Shown piece after piece: positions 51,021 through 64,000 of a stretch of 64,000 bases of DNA. Position numbers and translations under genes: made by a program. Location of the stretch: NCBI GenBank assembly GCA_951406725.2, contig OX597822.1, positions 29,326,001-29,390,000 of the forward strand, written 5' to 3'. The stretch comes from Octopus vulgaris. Its lineage: Eukaryota. Position 1 is the stretch's first letter, and each line of letters begins with the position of its first letter. The notes under the pieces are model-generated. The model made no database searches and had not been told where the DNA came from. It saw nothing but the letters and a program-made list of their open reading frames with translations.

Positions 51021-51194
51021 TGTGTGATAATCATCATCATCGTTTAATGTCTGCTTTCCATGCTGGCATGGGTTGGACGGTTAGACTGAAGGCTGGCGAG
51101 CAAGAAGGCTGCACCGGGCTCCAGTTTGATCTGGCAAAGTTTCTACGGCACAATGCTCTTCCTAATGCCAACCACTCTGAGAATGTAGTAGGTG

Positions 51195-51231
<37 letters not shown>

Positions 51232-51319
51232 TATATAAGTTCATCCAGTTGTATAAACCTTGCCAGATCAGATTGAAGTCTGGTGCAGCCTACTGGCTTG
51301 CCAATCGTCAGTCAAACTC

Positions 51320-51715
51320 CTTTACTCTTTTACTTGTTTCAGTCATTTGACTGTGGCCATGCTGGAGCACCGCCTTTAGTCGAGCAAATCAATACCAGGC
51401 CTTATTCTTTGTAAGCATAGTACTTATTCTATCGGTCTCTTTTGCCGAACTGCTAAGTTATGGGGATGTAAACACACCAACATCGGTTGTCAAGTGATAT
51501 TGGGAGGACAAACACACACGCACACATATATATATATGCATACACATATACGATAGGCTTCTTTCAGTTTCTGTCTACGAAATCCACTAACAAGGCTTTG
51601 GTCGGCCCGAGGCTATAGTAGAAGACACTTGCCCATGGTGCTAAGCAGTGGGACTGAACCCGGAACCATGTGGTTCGTAAGCAAGCTACTTACCACACAG
51701 CCACTCCTACACCTA
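51320..51715 (-). mobile_element. SINE family A, full length
   Basis: Family A in reverse. Confidence 0.85.
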
Positions 51716-53265
51716 TGCCTATATATATTTGTATGTGTCTGTGTTTGCCCCACCCACCCACCATCGCTTGACAACCGATGTTGATTTTTACATCCCTATA
51801 ACTTAGTGGTTTGGCAAAAGAGGCTGATAGAATAAGTACTCAGTTTACAAAGAATAAGTCCTGGGTTTGATCTGTTTGACCGAAGGTGGTGTTCCAGCAT
51901 GGCCCCAGTCAAATGACTGAAATAAGTAAAAGAATAAAAGAATATATAATGTGTGTATGTGTGTGTGTATGTTATCTTTTTACTTGTTTCAGTCTGTGGC
52001 CATGCTGGAGCACCTTCTTGAAGAATTTTAGTTGAACAAACCAACCTCAGTACTTGTTACTTACTGTATTGGTTTTATTTTTGCCAAACTGCTAAGTTAA
52101 AGGGATATAAACAAACCAACACTGGTTTTCAATTGGTGAGATTGTGAGACAAACATGCACCCTCTCCCCCCAGCGAAACACATGATGGGCTTCCATGCAG
52201 TTTCCGTCTGTCAATCAAATTCACTCACAAGGCACTGGTTGTCCAAGAGGTATATAGCAGAAGACACTTGCCCAAGGTGCTGTTTCATGGGACTGAACCC
52301 GAAACCATGTGGTTGCAAACGGAGCTTCTTAACCACACAGAAAGAAAATTAAAACAAAAACTAACAAACATCTGCAGTTCAACTCCTACTCTTCCCCCCA
52401 CCCTGGGGGACCCCTCTCAAGGAAAAAAAAAACAAGCAAAAGGAAAAGAAAAAAACAAAGAAAATAGAAAATTTATTTTTCTAGTAACACACCACTTTAA
52501 ATCATCTGGTCTTAATTTCTTCACACACACACACACACACACACACACTGATACACACACACACAGAGGCACACACTGATACACTCACACACAGATACAT
52601 GCACACATGCAAAAACCCTACACACACACACACACTCACAGACTTAGACATTCACACACATGCACACAGACACTCTGACACATATACACACTCACCCACA
52701 TGCACACATACATGCTCATACACATGCATACACACACACACACACACACACACAGTTGCACAGACTCCCACACTCACACACTTGCACACACAAACAACAC
52801 AGAGTGCTCTTTTTAATCCTTTAAACACAGTCTAGAATTACCAATAGGGTTTCTAACTTTTACAAACCTTGTGTGTTATTTTAGGAAGATTATTTCGTAT
52901 TTTTCTTCATGTGTGTGTCTGGAGGGTGCTTTATAACTTTTTAAAAGTATTGTGCTGTATGTGTGGGGGAGCCATCAAGCCAGTCCCAAATTGCTTTTAC
53001 TTTGAGTGGGAGAATGGGACAGGGTAAGATGTGTGTGTGTGTGTGTGGTGGTTTGGTAGTCACATACTTTTGCCACGCAGTGTAGTTAACTCTAGTGTAT
53101 GTGTGTGATCTTTTGAAATGGTTTTATTTACTTTTCTGGGTCAATGTCTGGTTTAGTCTTGAAGGCAAATCTTTCAACTAACTAATGAATTAACAAACTA
53201 ACTTACTAGCTAACTAGCTAAGCTACCCGGTTTGACATTGAAGGAAGGAATTCTTTATTTTTTAG

Positions 53266-53595
53266 GAATTTCAAGTTTACACGTCTGAAGTTTCTCTTGA
53301 TCTGCAGAGTCTTTCATCTTGCTGGGAATTTTGAAAGTGAATACAGCTTTGGAGCAGACTGGCTAGTGTGTGGTCTTCGTAGTAGCTGGGTCTTTTTCCT
53401 GCTCTTAGGGGGAAAAAAAAAATTCAACAAAAGTAATTCTGCTTTAGAAAAATGGTCAGTGTTTGCTAGTAATTCTTTTGGAAGGTTTCTAATGTTGATG
53501 AAGAAAATAAAGGAACTAGTCAATGTTTTGTCAGCAGTGCACCAGGATATTGAATTACACAGAGACTGGACAAGGACATGTTTAATGGAACTGAA
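53266..53595 (+). other. Candidate spliced exon (non-coding, poison or unrelated frame)
   Basis: Several CTAAC branch-point motifs at 53177-53215, acceptor ttctttattttttag|, donor |gtaagc, 330 nt of non-repetitive sequence. Confidence 0.4.
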
Positions 53596-54249
53596 GTAAG
53601 CATGCTCCACTAAGTGTGTAATGTTTGTCATCATTCACATGTTTTTATTCAAATGCATTACATACCTGTAATGTTGGTATGGGCAAGTGCTGGTGTGGCT
53701 GTGTGGTAAAATGGTAAGAAGTTTGCTTCCCAAACACATGGGTTTGGGCTCAGTCCCACTGCATGGTACCTGGGGCAAGTGTCTTGTACTGTAGCTGTGG
53801 GTCAACCTAAACTTTGTGAGTGGATTTGGTTGGCAGAAACTGACAGAAGGAAAGGCAGTGAGCTGGCAGAAATATTAGCACGCTGGGCGAAATGCTTAGC
53901 GGTATTTCACCTGCTGCTACATTCTGAGTTCAAATTCCGCCGAGGTCAACTTTGCCTTTCATCTTTTCGGGGTCAATAAATTAAGTACCAGTTACTCACT
54001 GGGGTCGATGTAATCGACTTAATCCCTTTGTCCTTGTTTGTCCCCTCTATGTTTAGCCCCTTGTGGGCAATAAAGAAATAAGAAATTGACAGAAGCATGT
54101 CATGCGCACATGCACGTGTGTATATGTTATTGTCGTTTTGCCCTGACATTGCATGGTTGTTGTAAATAAATGTCACTGCCATGCAAGCAGCAGTCTTCGT
54201 TTCCAGTTTTCTGTGAAAATATCTCTGGTCATGGGGAAATCTCACCTTG

Positions 54250-54548
54250 TGAAGGCACATGGCCTAGTGGTTAGAGCAGCGGACTTGCGGTTGAGGGATC
54301 GCAGGTTCGAATCTCAGACCAGGCAATGTGTGTGTTTATGAGCGAAACACCTAAGCTCCACGCGGCTCCGACAGAAGCTAATGGCGAACTTCTGCTGACT
54401 CTCTCACCACAACTTTCTCTTACTCTTTCCTCCTGCATCTGCACCTGCAACGGACCGGCATTCCGTCCAGGTGGGGAACCTATATGCCAAGGAAACTGGG
54501 AAACTGGCCCTTATAAGCCAGGCATGGCTTGAGAAGGAACAAACAAAA
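54250..54548 (+). mobile_element. SINE family D2
   Basis: A/B boxes; 13-bp TSD aaatctcaccttg. Confidence 0.9.
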
Positions 54549-55729
54549 AAATCTCACCTTGCTTGGAAACAGGTGATGGTTGGTGACAGGAAGGGCATCC
54601 AGCTGTAGAAAATCCACATCCACAAATTTCTGTCCGGAAATGTGGACATTAAAACGACGACAATGATGAAGATAAATGATGACAGATGGGATGAAGAAAG
54701 AAATGCCAAGAGATCTAAATTGAAGGAACCTTTGGAAGGGAAAAAATCTGAGGAAGACATAAGCAAAAATGGTAAAAGCTGATCTGAGGAACAGAGGAAT
54801 ACATGTGATGGAATGTTGTATTAGAAAAGATCCATCCAACACATGCAAGCATAGAAAAACAGATGTAGAAGCATGATGATGATAAGAGGCATGGACTGAG
54901 TGGATTAAGTAGTTTGTTTCCCAACCATGTGGTCTCTGGTTCAGTTCTGTTGTATGACACCTTGGGCAAGTGTCTTCTGTTATAGATCTGGACTGTCCAG
55001 AGCTTTGTGCTTTGATTTAGTAGACAAAAACTGAAAGTAGCAGCCAATGGTGTGTGTGTGTACATGTTCGTGCATGTGTGCATATGTGCGCGTGTGTGTG
55101 TGTGGGGTGTATGTGCCTCCTCATCTTGACAGTACATGATAGTTGTAAATGAGTGTCACTGTCATATAAGTGGTGTTGTTCCTTTCAAATCTTCCAATGG
55201 AAACATATCCAACCAATGGGAAATATTATCTTGCTTGGAAGTGTGAGGGTTAGTGACAGAAAGAGCATCCAGCCATAAAAGAAAATCCACTTCAGTGAAT
55301 TCAATCTGATCCTTGCAAACATAGAACAGCTGAACATTAAAACGATGATGCTGATGATGATGATATAGCTGCTTATCCAAGACAATGTCATCTATTCTGC
55401 CCTTCATTTTTTTTTTTTAAAGACAGTAGGGTCCTATATCTAGCAGGTTGAGTGACTATTAAAGGCTTCTTCAATGTTTAGAATGTATACGAAAGATTTA
55501 AAAATAATGTGATATTTACACAGTAGTGAGCCGGATCATGGACCTGTGGTGCTCAACCAGTTAATAAGTCATCGTTCGCAACAGCAAACAGAACAGATGG
55601 TTCCTGTTGTTAAAAAGGAAAATTTAAAAGACTTTCATTGACAATGAAGTACAACAATAGAACAGGACATGTTGTATGTGTTGGAGATTGATGTCAGTGC
55701 CTGAGCTTTATGATATAAATATTACTATA

Positions 55730-55730
<1 letters not shown>

Positions 55731-55773
<43 letters not shown>

Positions 55774-56118
55774 CATGTATATATGTGTGTGTATATGTAT
55801 ATGTGTGTATATATGTTTGTGTGCATGTGTGTGTATATATGTTTGTGTGCATGTATATACATGTGTATATATATATGTATGTGTATATGTATGTGTGTGT
55901 GTGTATATATATATATATGTGTATATATATATATATGTGTGTATATATATATGTGTATATATATGTGTGTATATATATATATATATATGTGTATATATAT
56001 ATGTATATATATATATATTTACTGTATATGTGTGTGTGTATATGTGTGTGTATATGTATGTATAAGTATATTGTGTGCGTATGTGAGTATGTGTATAGAC
56101 ACACACGTGTGTGTGTCT
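55731..56118. repeat. (TG)/(TA) compound microsatellite
   Basis: Direct reading. Confidence 0.95.
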
Positions 56119-57210
56119 GTGGGCTTATCTATGTGGTCACTTTGTTTTAACTGAATCATATATATATAAATATATATAATATTTTATTTTGTGTGAGTGG
56201 GGTGGTGAAAGTTAACTCAGAAATACATGGATGATCATAACAAAACATTACACTTGAGATGGTAGTTAAACAGTAAACTGAAGGTCTAATTAAACCAAGC
56301 TATAATTAATTAATTAATTAATTAATAAAAAAAAAAGGAATATAAAAAAGATGGTTCTGGTCAACAGGAATGTGTCCCACTAATAACACAATAAGTAAGC
56401 AATTCTTGGTGACACATGATCATGATGTCACGATGTCACATGGTTTTATGATCTCTCTGAGCAATAGCAGATACAAACCATAGATACAACGCATGGCTGT
56501 GAGGTTAAGAAGTTTGCCTTGCAACCACGTGGTTCTGAGTTCAATCTCACTGCTTGCTTTATAGTGTTGGCTTCTTGGGCATGTGTCTTCTATCATAGCT
56601 GCAGATTGGCCAATATCTTGTGAGTAGACGGAATCGCCAGAAGCTCATATACACCTGTATGTACTTTCACTTTCATGGGAGAGTACATACACCTGTATGT
56701 ACTCTCACATGCACATACATCATCATCATTGTTGTTGTTTTAATGGTCACTTTTCTGTGCTTGCATGAGTCAGATGGAATTTGTGGCGGCAGATTTTTCT
56801 ACGGCTGGATGCACTTCCTGTTACCAACCCTTACCTGTTTTCCAATTAAGGTAATACTTTCCCATGGCTGGACATGTTTTATACAGAAAGTTGGGAACGA
56901 AGGATACCACTTGCATGATGACGATGCTTATTCACAAATATTGTGCAACGTCAAAACATGGAGACACACAGGCACACACAGATGCACATGTATGCACAGA
57001 ATTGTATACATATAGAATGAGTAAGTAAGAGGGAGAGAGAGAGAGAGAGGGGGGGGCAAGGAGAAAGAAAGGTACAAGTGTGGCTGTGTAGTAAGGGTTC
57101 ACTTCCCAACCACATGGCTCAGGGTTCAGTCCCTCTGTGTGGCATCTTGGCAAATGCCTCCTAGGGCTGACCAAAGCCTTGTGAGTGGATTTGGCAGATG
57201 GAAAATGAAA

Positions 57211-57242
<32 letters not shown>

Positions 57243-57711
57243 AACTTGTGTACACATATGTGTATATATGTGTGGATTTCTTTATTATCCATAAAGGACT
57301 ATACATAGATGGGACATTATAACACATTGGGGACACAAAACATCAAAAAATTGTCGAATGATAGGATGGAAAAAAAGGGATGCCTGTCCATCAGATCTAC
57401 TCACAAGGCTTTGGTTGGCCTGTGGTCAAGAAGTTTGCTTCCCAACTATGTGGTGTCAGGTTCAGTCCTCCTGCACAGCACCTTGGGCAAGTGTCTTCTT
57501 CTATAGCCTCAAGCTGACCAAAGTCTGATGAATGGGTTTGGTAGATGGAAACTGAAGGGTGCTTGTTGGGTATGTGTGCATCCATGCATGCACATGCCTG
57601 TTTACTAACACTTGTGCTTCTCTGAAAATTGCTGAGTTAGAGATGGTGATGTTTTCAATTCTTCTGTCAAAAAATTGTCTCAGCTCTGCACCTTCAATAT
57701 TGTATGGAATA

Positions 57712-57990
57712 AGAGTAAAGACCCCTTTCGGTCCTGAATGACCATGGGAACTTAGAAAGTTCCCCTCTGAGGCACAAGTCTGGGCAAGGTTGTTTATGAA
57801 AGACCAGCAGTCACCCATTCATACCAGCCTCTCCTCTCCATGTCACTGATGTTATCCAAAGGAAAGGCAAAGGCCAGTACAGCTTGGCATTTCTATAGCT
57901 GAATGAACTGGAGCAACGTGAAATAAAATGCTTGCCCAAGAACACAACACACATGAGTGTGAGTCTGATGCTCTAACCACTGAACCATGC
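57712..57990 (-). mobile_element. SINE family C
   Basis: Family C in reverse, with deletions. Confidence 0.75.
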
Positions 57991-58244
57991 ACCAGTAGAG
58001 TCCTTATTTAAAAATCCAGCAAAGATTATTGACAGGGAGGACAGACAGCTGTAAGATAATACTTTAGTAATAATATATTCATCTAACCAATACTAACCCC
58101 CCCCCCATAAAATGAACAAACGAACACTCTATTTTGGTGAAACTGAATATTATTTATTCTATTTGTTAAAAAATGGGGCCATGTGCCAGTAATAATGATT
58201 GATTTATATTTAAACTGTATTTTTTTTTCTATTTATTGAAACAG

Positions 58245-58365
58245 GTGAAGCCAAAAATCTGCCGACCTATGTATATTCTTCAGGTGGAGGACGGAATACT
58301 TTATGCATTGTGAAATTAGATAATGAAGAAATTTTCAGAACACAAATTGTAGATAAATCTTTAAA
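58245..58365 (+). CDS. RASA3: Internal coding exon (vertebrate exon-2 equivalent) of a GAP1-family Ras GTPase-activating protein (RASA2/RASA3, Drosophila Gap1-like), start of the C2A domain
   Basis: Acceptor ttttttttctatttattgaaacag| and donor |gtaagt. The 121-nt exon (phase 1 to phase 2) translates as (G)EAKNLPTYVYSSGGGRNTLCIVKLDNEEIFRTQIVDKSL, matching from memory human RASA3 [39 protein letters not shown] with the same exon boundaries. It is absent from the ORF track. RASA2 vs RASA3 cannot be resolved. Confidence 0.9.
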
Positions 58366-58561
58366 GTAAGTGCCAAATTAGATTTATGTAAATTATTGTG
58401 TGCATGTGTGTGTGTGTTTGTGAGAGAGAGAGAAAGGAGTGAGTGAGTGAGAGAGAGAGACAGAAAAAAGATTTGAGATTTGGTTGCTGTTTCTAGCAGG
58501 GTCAGTGAATAAGTAAAGCCTGCCTCATTGATTTGAATTTTGCTGTTTACCCGGGTATGGC

Positions 58562-58724
58562 TAGGCACAGGTGTGTCTGTGTGGTTAAGAAGTTTGCTTT
58601 CCAATCACATGGTTTTGGGTTCAGTCCCACTGGACAAGTATCTTCTGCTAAAGCCACAAGCTAACTAAAGTCTTGTGAGTGGATTTGGTTGATGGAAACT
58701 GAAAGAAGCCCATTGCTTTTATAT

Positions 58725-58813
<89 letters not shown>

Positions 58814-59195
58814 TCTTACTCTTTTATTGTTTTACTTGTTTCAATCATTTGCCTGCGGCCATGCTGGAGCACCGCCTTTAGTCGAACAAATCGACCCCTG
58901 GACTTATTCTTTGTAAGCCTAGTACTTATTCTGCCGGTATCTTTTGCCAAACTGCTAAGTTGCGGGGATGTAAACACAGGAACATTGGTTGTCAAGCGAT
59001 GGTGGTGGTGGTGGTGGTGGTGGACACACACACTATAGGTTTCTTTCAGTTTTTGTCTATTAAATCCACTCACAAGGCTTTGGTTGGCCCGAGGCTATAG
59101 TAGAAGTTGCCCAAGGTGCCATACAGTGGGACTGAACCTGGAACCATGTGGTTGGGAAGCAAGCTTCTTACCACATAGCCACTCCTACACCTATA
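58562..59195. mobile_element. Inverted pair of SINE A copies (+58562-58715, -58812-59195) around a ~90-bp (TA)n
   Basis: Head and core present in both orientations. Confidence 0.8.
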
Positions 59196-59196
59196 A

Positions 59197-59233
<37 letters not shown>

Positions 59234-59490
59234 TTAAAAACATAATATACAGAAACAAATGGGAAACTGACACAAAAGGTCACCTACTCCCCATCATTTA
59301 TTGGCTGGAGGGTCAAATACAATTTTGTTCCTTAATGACAATATTGTATCCCTGCCTGGTGGCGCCGATGGCAAAAGTGCTGCCAGGAATTGGTGAGCCA
59401 AAATACAAAGCAGAAAATAAACCAGACAAGAACTAAACAACCGTGCATTATAGAAAGTTAGCATACAAATGTGGAATAAATATAATTTAA

Positions 59491-59704
59491 CCCTTTCGTT
59501 ACCAACCCGGCTGAAACCGGCTCTGGTTCTGAGTACAAATGTCTGGTTTTCATAAGTTTTGAATTAAAATCTTCCACCAAATCTTAGTCACAAATTATGT
59601 TCCTAACACTAGCTTAATGATAACTAAGTTATTTTACTAAATTCTCTGTTAAAGTAATTGAAAGAAACACAGAGCATCTCAAAATAAATTCAGTAACGAA
59701 GGGG
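59491..59704. mobile_element. piggyBac-type MITE P1
   Basis: TTAA TSD, ccctttcgttac/gtaacgaagggg. Confidence 0.9.
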
Positions 59705-60199
59705 TTAAGACAAGACAATTAGTGGATGGACGAGGGACAGATACGAAAACAAACAGGCCGACTGTGGGCATATGAAGAGTGAATATACACACACACACAC
59801 ACCCACACACGTGTGTGTGTGTTTATCTGTCCTTGTCTCCACGTAGCATGATAATAGTATCACTGTCATATAAGCAGTATCATTCATTGATATATAATTT
59901 TTGTGTGCACTGAATCATTTCATTTGACATCACTGGTGCCAGATGTTCACATCAGAATTCTCCAGATGTTTCTATTATTAATTTTTTTTTTTATAGCTTA
60001 GTCAGAGGAGGAAAAGAGGCAATGTCCATAATCCTTTTTATGGTTTCTGAGATTGGTAGGAGTAAAAAAAAAAGGGAAGAAGCATTAAAACAAGGACAAA
60101 CTTGAAAACATCTGATGCCAAATAAATAAGCTATGAGTCAGCAACATCAAATAAATGGCACCAAAATGGCTGTGTCACAAAGTCTCCTGTTCCCATATA

Positions 60200-60610
60200 T
60201 CATCATCATCATCATCATCATCGTTTAACATCCGTTCTCCATGCTAGCATGGGTTGGACGGTTTGACCGGGGATCTGGGAAGCCAGAAGGCTGCACCAGG
60301 CTCCGGTCTTATCTGGCAATGTTTCTACAGCTGGATGCCCTTCCTAACGCCAACCACTCCGTGAGTGTAGTGGGTGCTTTTTACGTGCCACCTGCACTGG
60401 TGCCAGGCGAGGCTGGCATCGGCCACGGTCGGATTGGTGCATTTTACGTGCCACCTGCACGGAAGCCAGTCGAGGCGGCACTGGCTTCGGCCACGATTCG
60501 GATGGTGCTTTTTACGTGCCACCGACACGGAAGCCAGTCGAGGCGGCGCTGGCATCGGCCACGATTCGGATAGTGCTTTTTACGTATCTCCAGTCCAGGG
60601 ATCCTGGCAT
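60200..60610 (-). mobile_element. RTE LINE 3' UTR with ~65-bp repeat array
   Basis: (cat)n tail, gcccttcctaacgccaacc, three to four tacgtgccacc units. Confidence 0.85.
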
Positions 60611-60716
60611 CAGCTCCACAAATTTTCCTGTTTGAATATTCGTGTATCCTTGTTTGAAAATTAAAACATTTGATGTACCTTAACCCTTTAGCATTCAGAT
60701 TACTCTGTTAAATGTG

Positions 60717-60951
60717 TGCTGGCGGCGAGCTGGCAGAATTGTTAGCACTACGGGTGAAATGCTTGGCGGTATTTCGTCAGCCACTACATTCTGAGTTCAA
60801 ATTCCGCCAAGGTCGACTTTGCCTTTCATCTTTTCGGGGTCGATTAAATAAGTACCAGTTATGCACTAGGGTCGATATCATCGACTTAATCCATTTGTCT
60901 GTCCTTGTTTGTCCCCTCTGTGTGTAACCCCTTGTGGGCAGTAAAGAAATA
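60717..60951 (+). mobile_element. SINE family B, full length
   Basis: ggcggcgagctggcagaa...gagttcaaattcc...gcctttcatc; 20-bp TSD agattactctgttaaatgtg. Confidence 0.9.
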
Positions 60952-61154
60952 AGATTACTCTGTTAAATGTGATGCTTATTCACAGTGTTTTGAATTAATT
61001 TGGCATTATCTCATAGCTTTGATATTTTGATGGTGTGATTGTTTATTTTTTTGAATGGCATTGTAGGATAAGTGAGAGAGGTCTGATCTGGTCAGTTTGA
61101 GCATAAAGCAGGTAGCATATTTGAATTGAGTTGGATTGGTTTAAATGAGTTCAA

Positions 61155-61471
61155 TGTGAAGGCACATGGCTCAGTGGCTAGAGCGTTGGGCTAACAATCA
61201 TGAAGTAGTGAGTTCGGTTCCTGGACCAGGCTGTGTTGTGTCCTTGACACTTTATTTCACATTGCTCCAGTTCACTCAGCTGTAAAAATGAGTTGCGACA
61301 TCACTGGTGCCAAGCTGTATTAGCCTTTGCCTTTCCCTTGGATAACGTCGGATGGTATGCATGGGTGACTGCTGGTCTTCCATAAACAACCTTGCCTGGT
61401 ACTCGTGCCTCAGAGGGGAACCTTCTAAATGCAATCCCATGGTCATTCATGATTGAAGGGGTTTTTTACTT
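61155..61471 (+). mobile_element. SINE family C
   Basis: A/B boxes; 15-bp TSD tttaaatgagttcaa. Confidence 0.9.
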
Positions 61472-62359
61472 TTTAAATGAGTTCAAGAGGTTAAACACCA
61501 CAGTCTGTTACTGGAACAAATGGTGATGCTATGTATTTTGTGCAGTCACAATACTTACTGTTTAATTTAATATTTCATTATCAAACTTTAATATTTAGTA
61601 CTTGTGTTACTTAAATATCCTCAAAATCATATCAAAGATACAGAATAAAATATTCTATCAAATTATGAAAATGCACCACTGCTGGTGCATATGGCGGTTG
61701 TATGAAGTTTGCAATGAATCACTAATGGTACAGGTGGTGGTTGACGTGTTAAAATGACTACTGTTGTAGTTGTGTCTTAGTTGCAGGTCAGCCCTTATCA
61801 AGTAGTCCTCAGCTCAAAACTATTCCAGCTTTGATCATCCTGTCTTATTTTTAGATATTGTATATCTATGACGACATTGTCAAGTCACACTAAAAAATGA
61901 TCAGCTACTGTTGATCATATAAACTGGTAGTACTGCCTGTGTCATTGTTTGGTCCTTGGTGACTAAACTGGCAATACCACTCTGGGGTGTCACCTTAGTG
62001 TGTGTAAGGTCGATGGACACCTTGACAGGATATATATAGAAAAGAAAGAAAGAACGATACCTGTGTAGATAAGTGAGTGAACTCAACGAGGAGCCAATAC
62101 TTTTCTGCAGTTGGCCCCTATTAAGGTTTTTGAGTTGATCATTACCAATGCTTTGGTATCCCCCCTTCTCCTGCCAACTCTGTTGTCTTTCTCAGACATT
62201 CTGGTTTTGCCTTTCCTTTGTCCCAGAAAGACCCATGTAAGAGAAATCCCTTGATTGGTGCAAGGACCACCCAAGGTAGTTTTAAGTCTGCTCTGGCTAG
62301 GATTAGTGTTATCTCATCTTTCACATTGCCAGAAAATCACAGATACATGCCATTATTTA

Positions 62360-63645
62360 TTGGGTTGGCAAGAAAGTAATTTTGTTTTTTGCAAATAGAT
62401 AGAGTTGTGATTTTTTTCAATGGCTTTTGTCAATGTTATGATTTTTTCATTTTGACATTTGATAGCTGTTACTTTTAGCTTACCTTAGAAGCAAATTGCA
62501 CATAATTTTGTTTACAGCTGTTAATTTAGTGTCAATTTTAACGTGGAGTGCAAAAACGAACATTTTCACCATACTTTGCTTTTTTTTATTTCTGTAAAAG
62601 CAAGAAAGCTGCTGAGGCTCACAAAGAGATATGTAAAGCTTATGGTGTTGATTGCTTAACAGAATGCACATGTCAGAAATGGTTTTAAAAGTTCTGTTCT
62701 GGAGACTTTCCATTCAAAGATGACCAATATTCTGGTCAACCTACTGAAGTTGATGATGACTAAATCAAAGTCATAATTGAATCTGATTGTCATATAACTG
62801 TGCAAGAGATTGCAGAGAGGTTAAATGTATCACATACAACAATTGAAAATCACTTAAAATGTCTTGGACTCATTAAGAAGCTCGATATTTGGGTTCCACA
62901 TAAATTGAAAGAGATTCACTTAACACAACGAATCAGTATTTGTGATATGCATCTCAAGCGCAATGAAATTGACTTTGTTTTGAAATGAATCATTACTGGT
63001 GATGAAAAATGGATTGTCTACAATAATATCAATTGAAAACGATCATGGTCCAAGTGTAATGAACCAGCATAAACTACATCGAAAGCTGAATTGCATCAAA
63101 AATAAAGGTCATGCTGTCAATTTGGTGGGATTACAAAGGTGTTGTGTATTTTGAGCTGCTTTCAAGGAACCAAATAGTCAATTCAGATGTTTACTGTCAA
63201 CAACTAACGAAACTGGAGGAAGCAGTGAAAGAAAAATGGCCAAAACTGGCAAATCATAAAGGAATTGCATTCCACCATGACAATGCTAGACCACACATGC
63301 CTTTGCTAACTTGTGAAAAATTATTGGAGCTTGGTTGGGAAGTGGTGTCATCCACCATGTAGCCCTAAATTTGCACTATCAGATTACCATTTATTTTGAA
63401 ATTTGCAAAATTCTTTGAGTGGTAAAACTTTCAATAATGGTGATGACCTGAAATTGCACTTGCTTCAGTTTTTGGCTGATAAGGACCAGAAGTTCTATGA
63501 GTGCGGAATCAAGAAGTTGTCAGAAAGATGGCAAAAGGTCATTGAACAAAATAGAAAATATATAATTGATTAAAATTCATTCTTTGTATGAAAGTAATGA
63601 CTTATTTCACACTAAAAAACTAAAATTACTTTCTTGCCAACCCAT
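62360..63645 (+). mobile_element. Full-length (~1286 bp) inactive mariner transposon, mellifera-subfamily-like
   Basis: TA TSD; TIR ttgggttggcaagaaagtaatttt/aaaattactttcttgccaaccca. Confidence 0.95.
62543..63573 (+). pseudogene. mariner transposase pseudogene
   Basis: Motifs WVPHKL, ITGDEKW, HHDNARPH and SDYHLF; GTG in place of ATG, multiple stops and frameshifts. Confidence 0.95.
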
Positions 63646-64000
63646 TATATCAAGGATTACATTGTCCAAAGTGTCTTTCATCATTATCATCTAATGCCTG
63701 TCTTCCATGATGGCATGGGTTGGATGGTTTGGAAGGAGCTGGTAAGCCAAAGGACTGCACCAAGCTCTACTCTGTTTTGGCATGGTTTTTATGACTGGAT
63801 GCCCTTCCTAATACCAACCACTTTACAGAGTTGACTGGGTGCTTTTCGCATGGTGTCAGTGAGGTCTGTTTTGGCATGGCTTTTAAAACTGGATACCTTT
63901 CTTAGCACCAATCGCTTTACAAAGTGGACTGGATGTTTTTTACATGGCACCATTTAACTTTGAGATAAATTTGCCTTTAGTTTCTAGCATGTCAAGCAAC

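Noticed and set aside
55636-55680. Possible RasGAP first exon MKYNNRTGHV|gtatgt
   Set aside because: Phase 0, whereas the downstream exon needs phase 1, and no similarity to the expected ...L(K/R)IKI end; exon 1 remains unidentified.

Overview
This is AT-rich, microsatellite-saturated eukaryotic DNA. The repeat complement (several tRNA-derived SINE families, RTE LINE 3' ends with (GAT)n tails) resembles, from memory, an Octopus genome. I recognise only one protein-coding exon: 58245-58365 (+), encoding the start of the C2A domain of a GAP1-family RasGAP (RASA2/RASA3-like), equivalent to vertebrate exon 2. Most of the window is therefore probably its very large first intron or upstream DNA; exon 1 was not found. 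The rest is transposon debris: SINEs, RTE and R4/Dong-type LINE fragments, mariner and other Tc1-superfamily elements, hAT, piggyBac-type, Merlin-like and Helentron-type MITEs, and a 20-bp minisatellite. Nearly all listed ORFs are microsatellite or SINE artefacts. Most notable observations: (1) a ~410-bp fold-back element with a Penelope-type minimal hammerhead ribozyme at its centre (4623-5032), plus a second decayed hammerhead at ~6772; (2) a hairpin whose transition mismatches are all G-U compatible on + (1515-1702); (3) a 2-kb inverted duplication of an exon-like sequence (41314-43248); (4) RTE 3'UTR arrays of ~60-bp units with conserved stems and variable loops. Repeat coordinates were read by eye and are approximate unless TSDs or TIRs are quoted.
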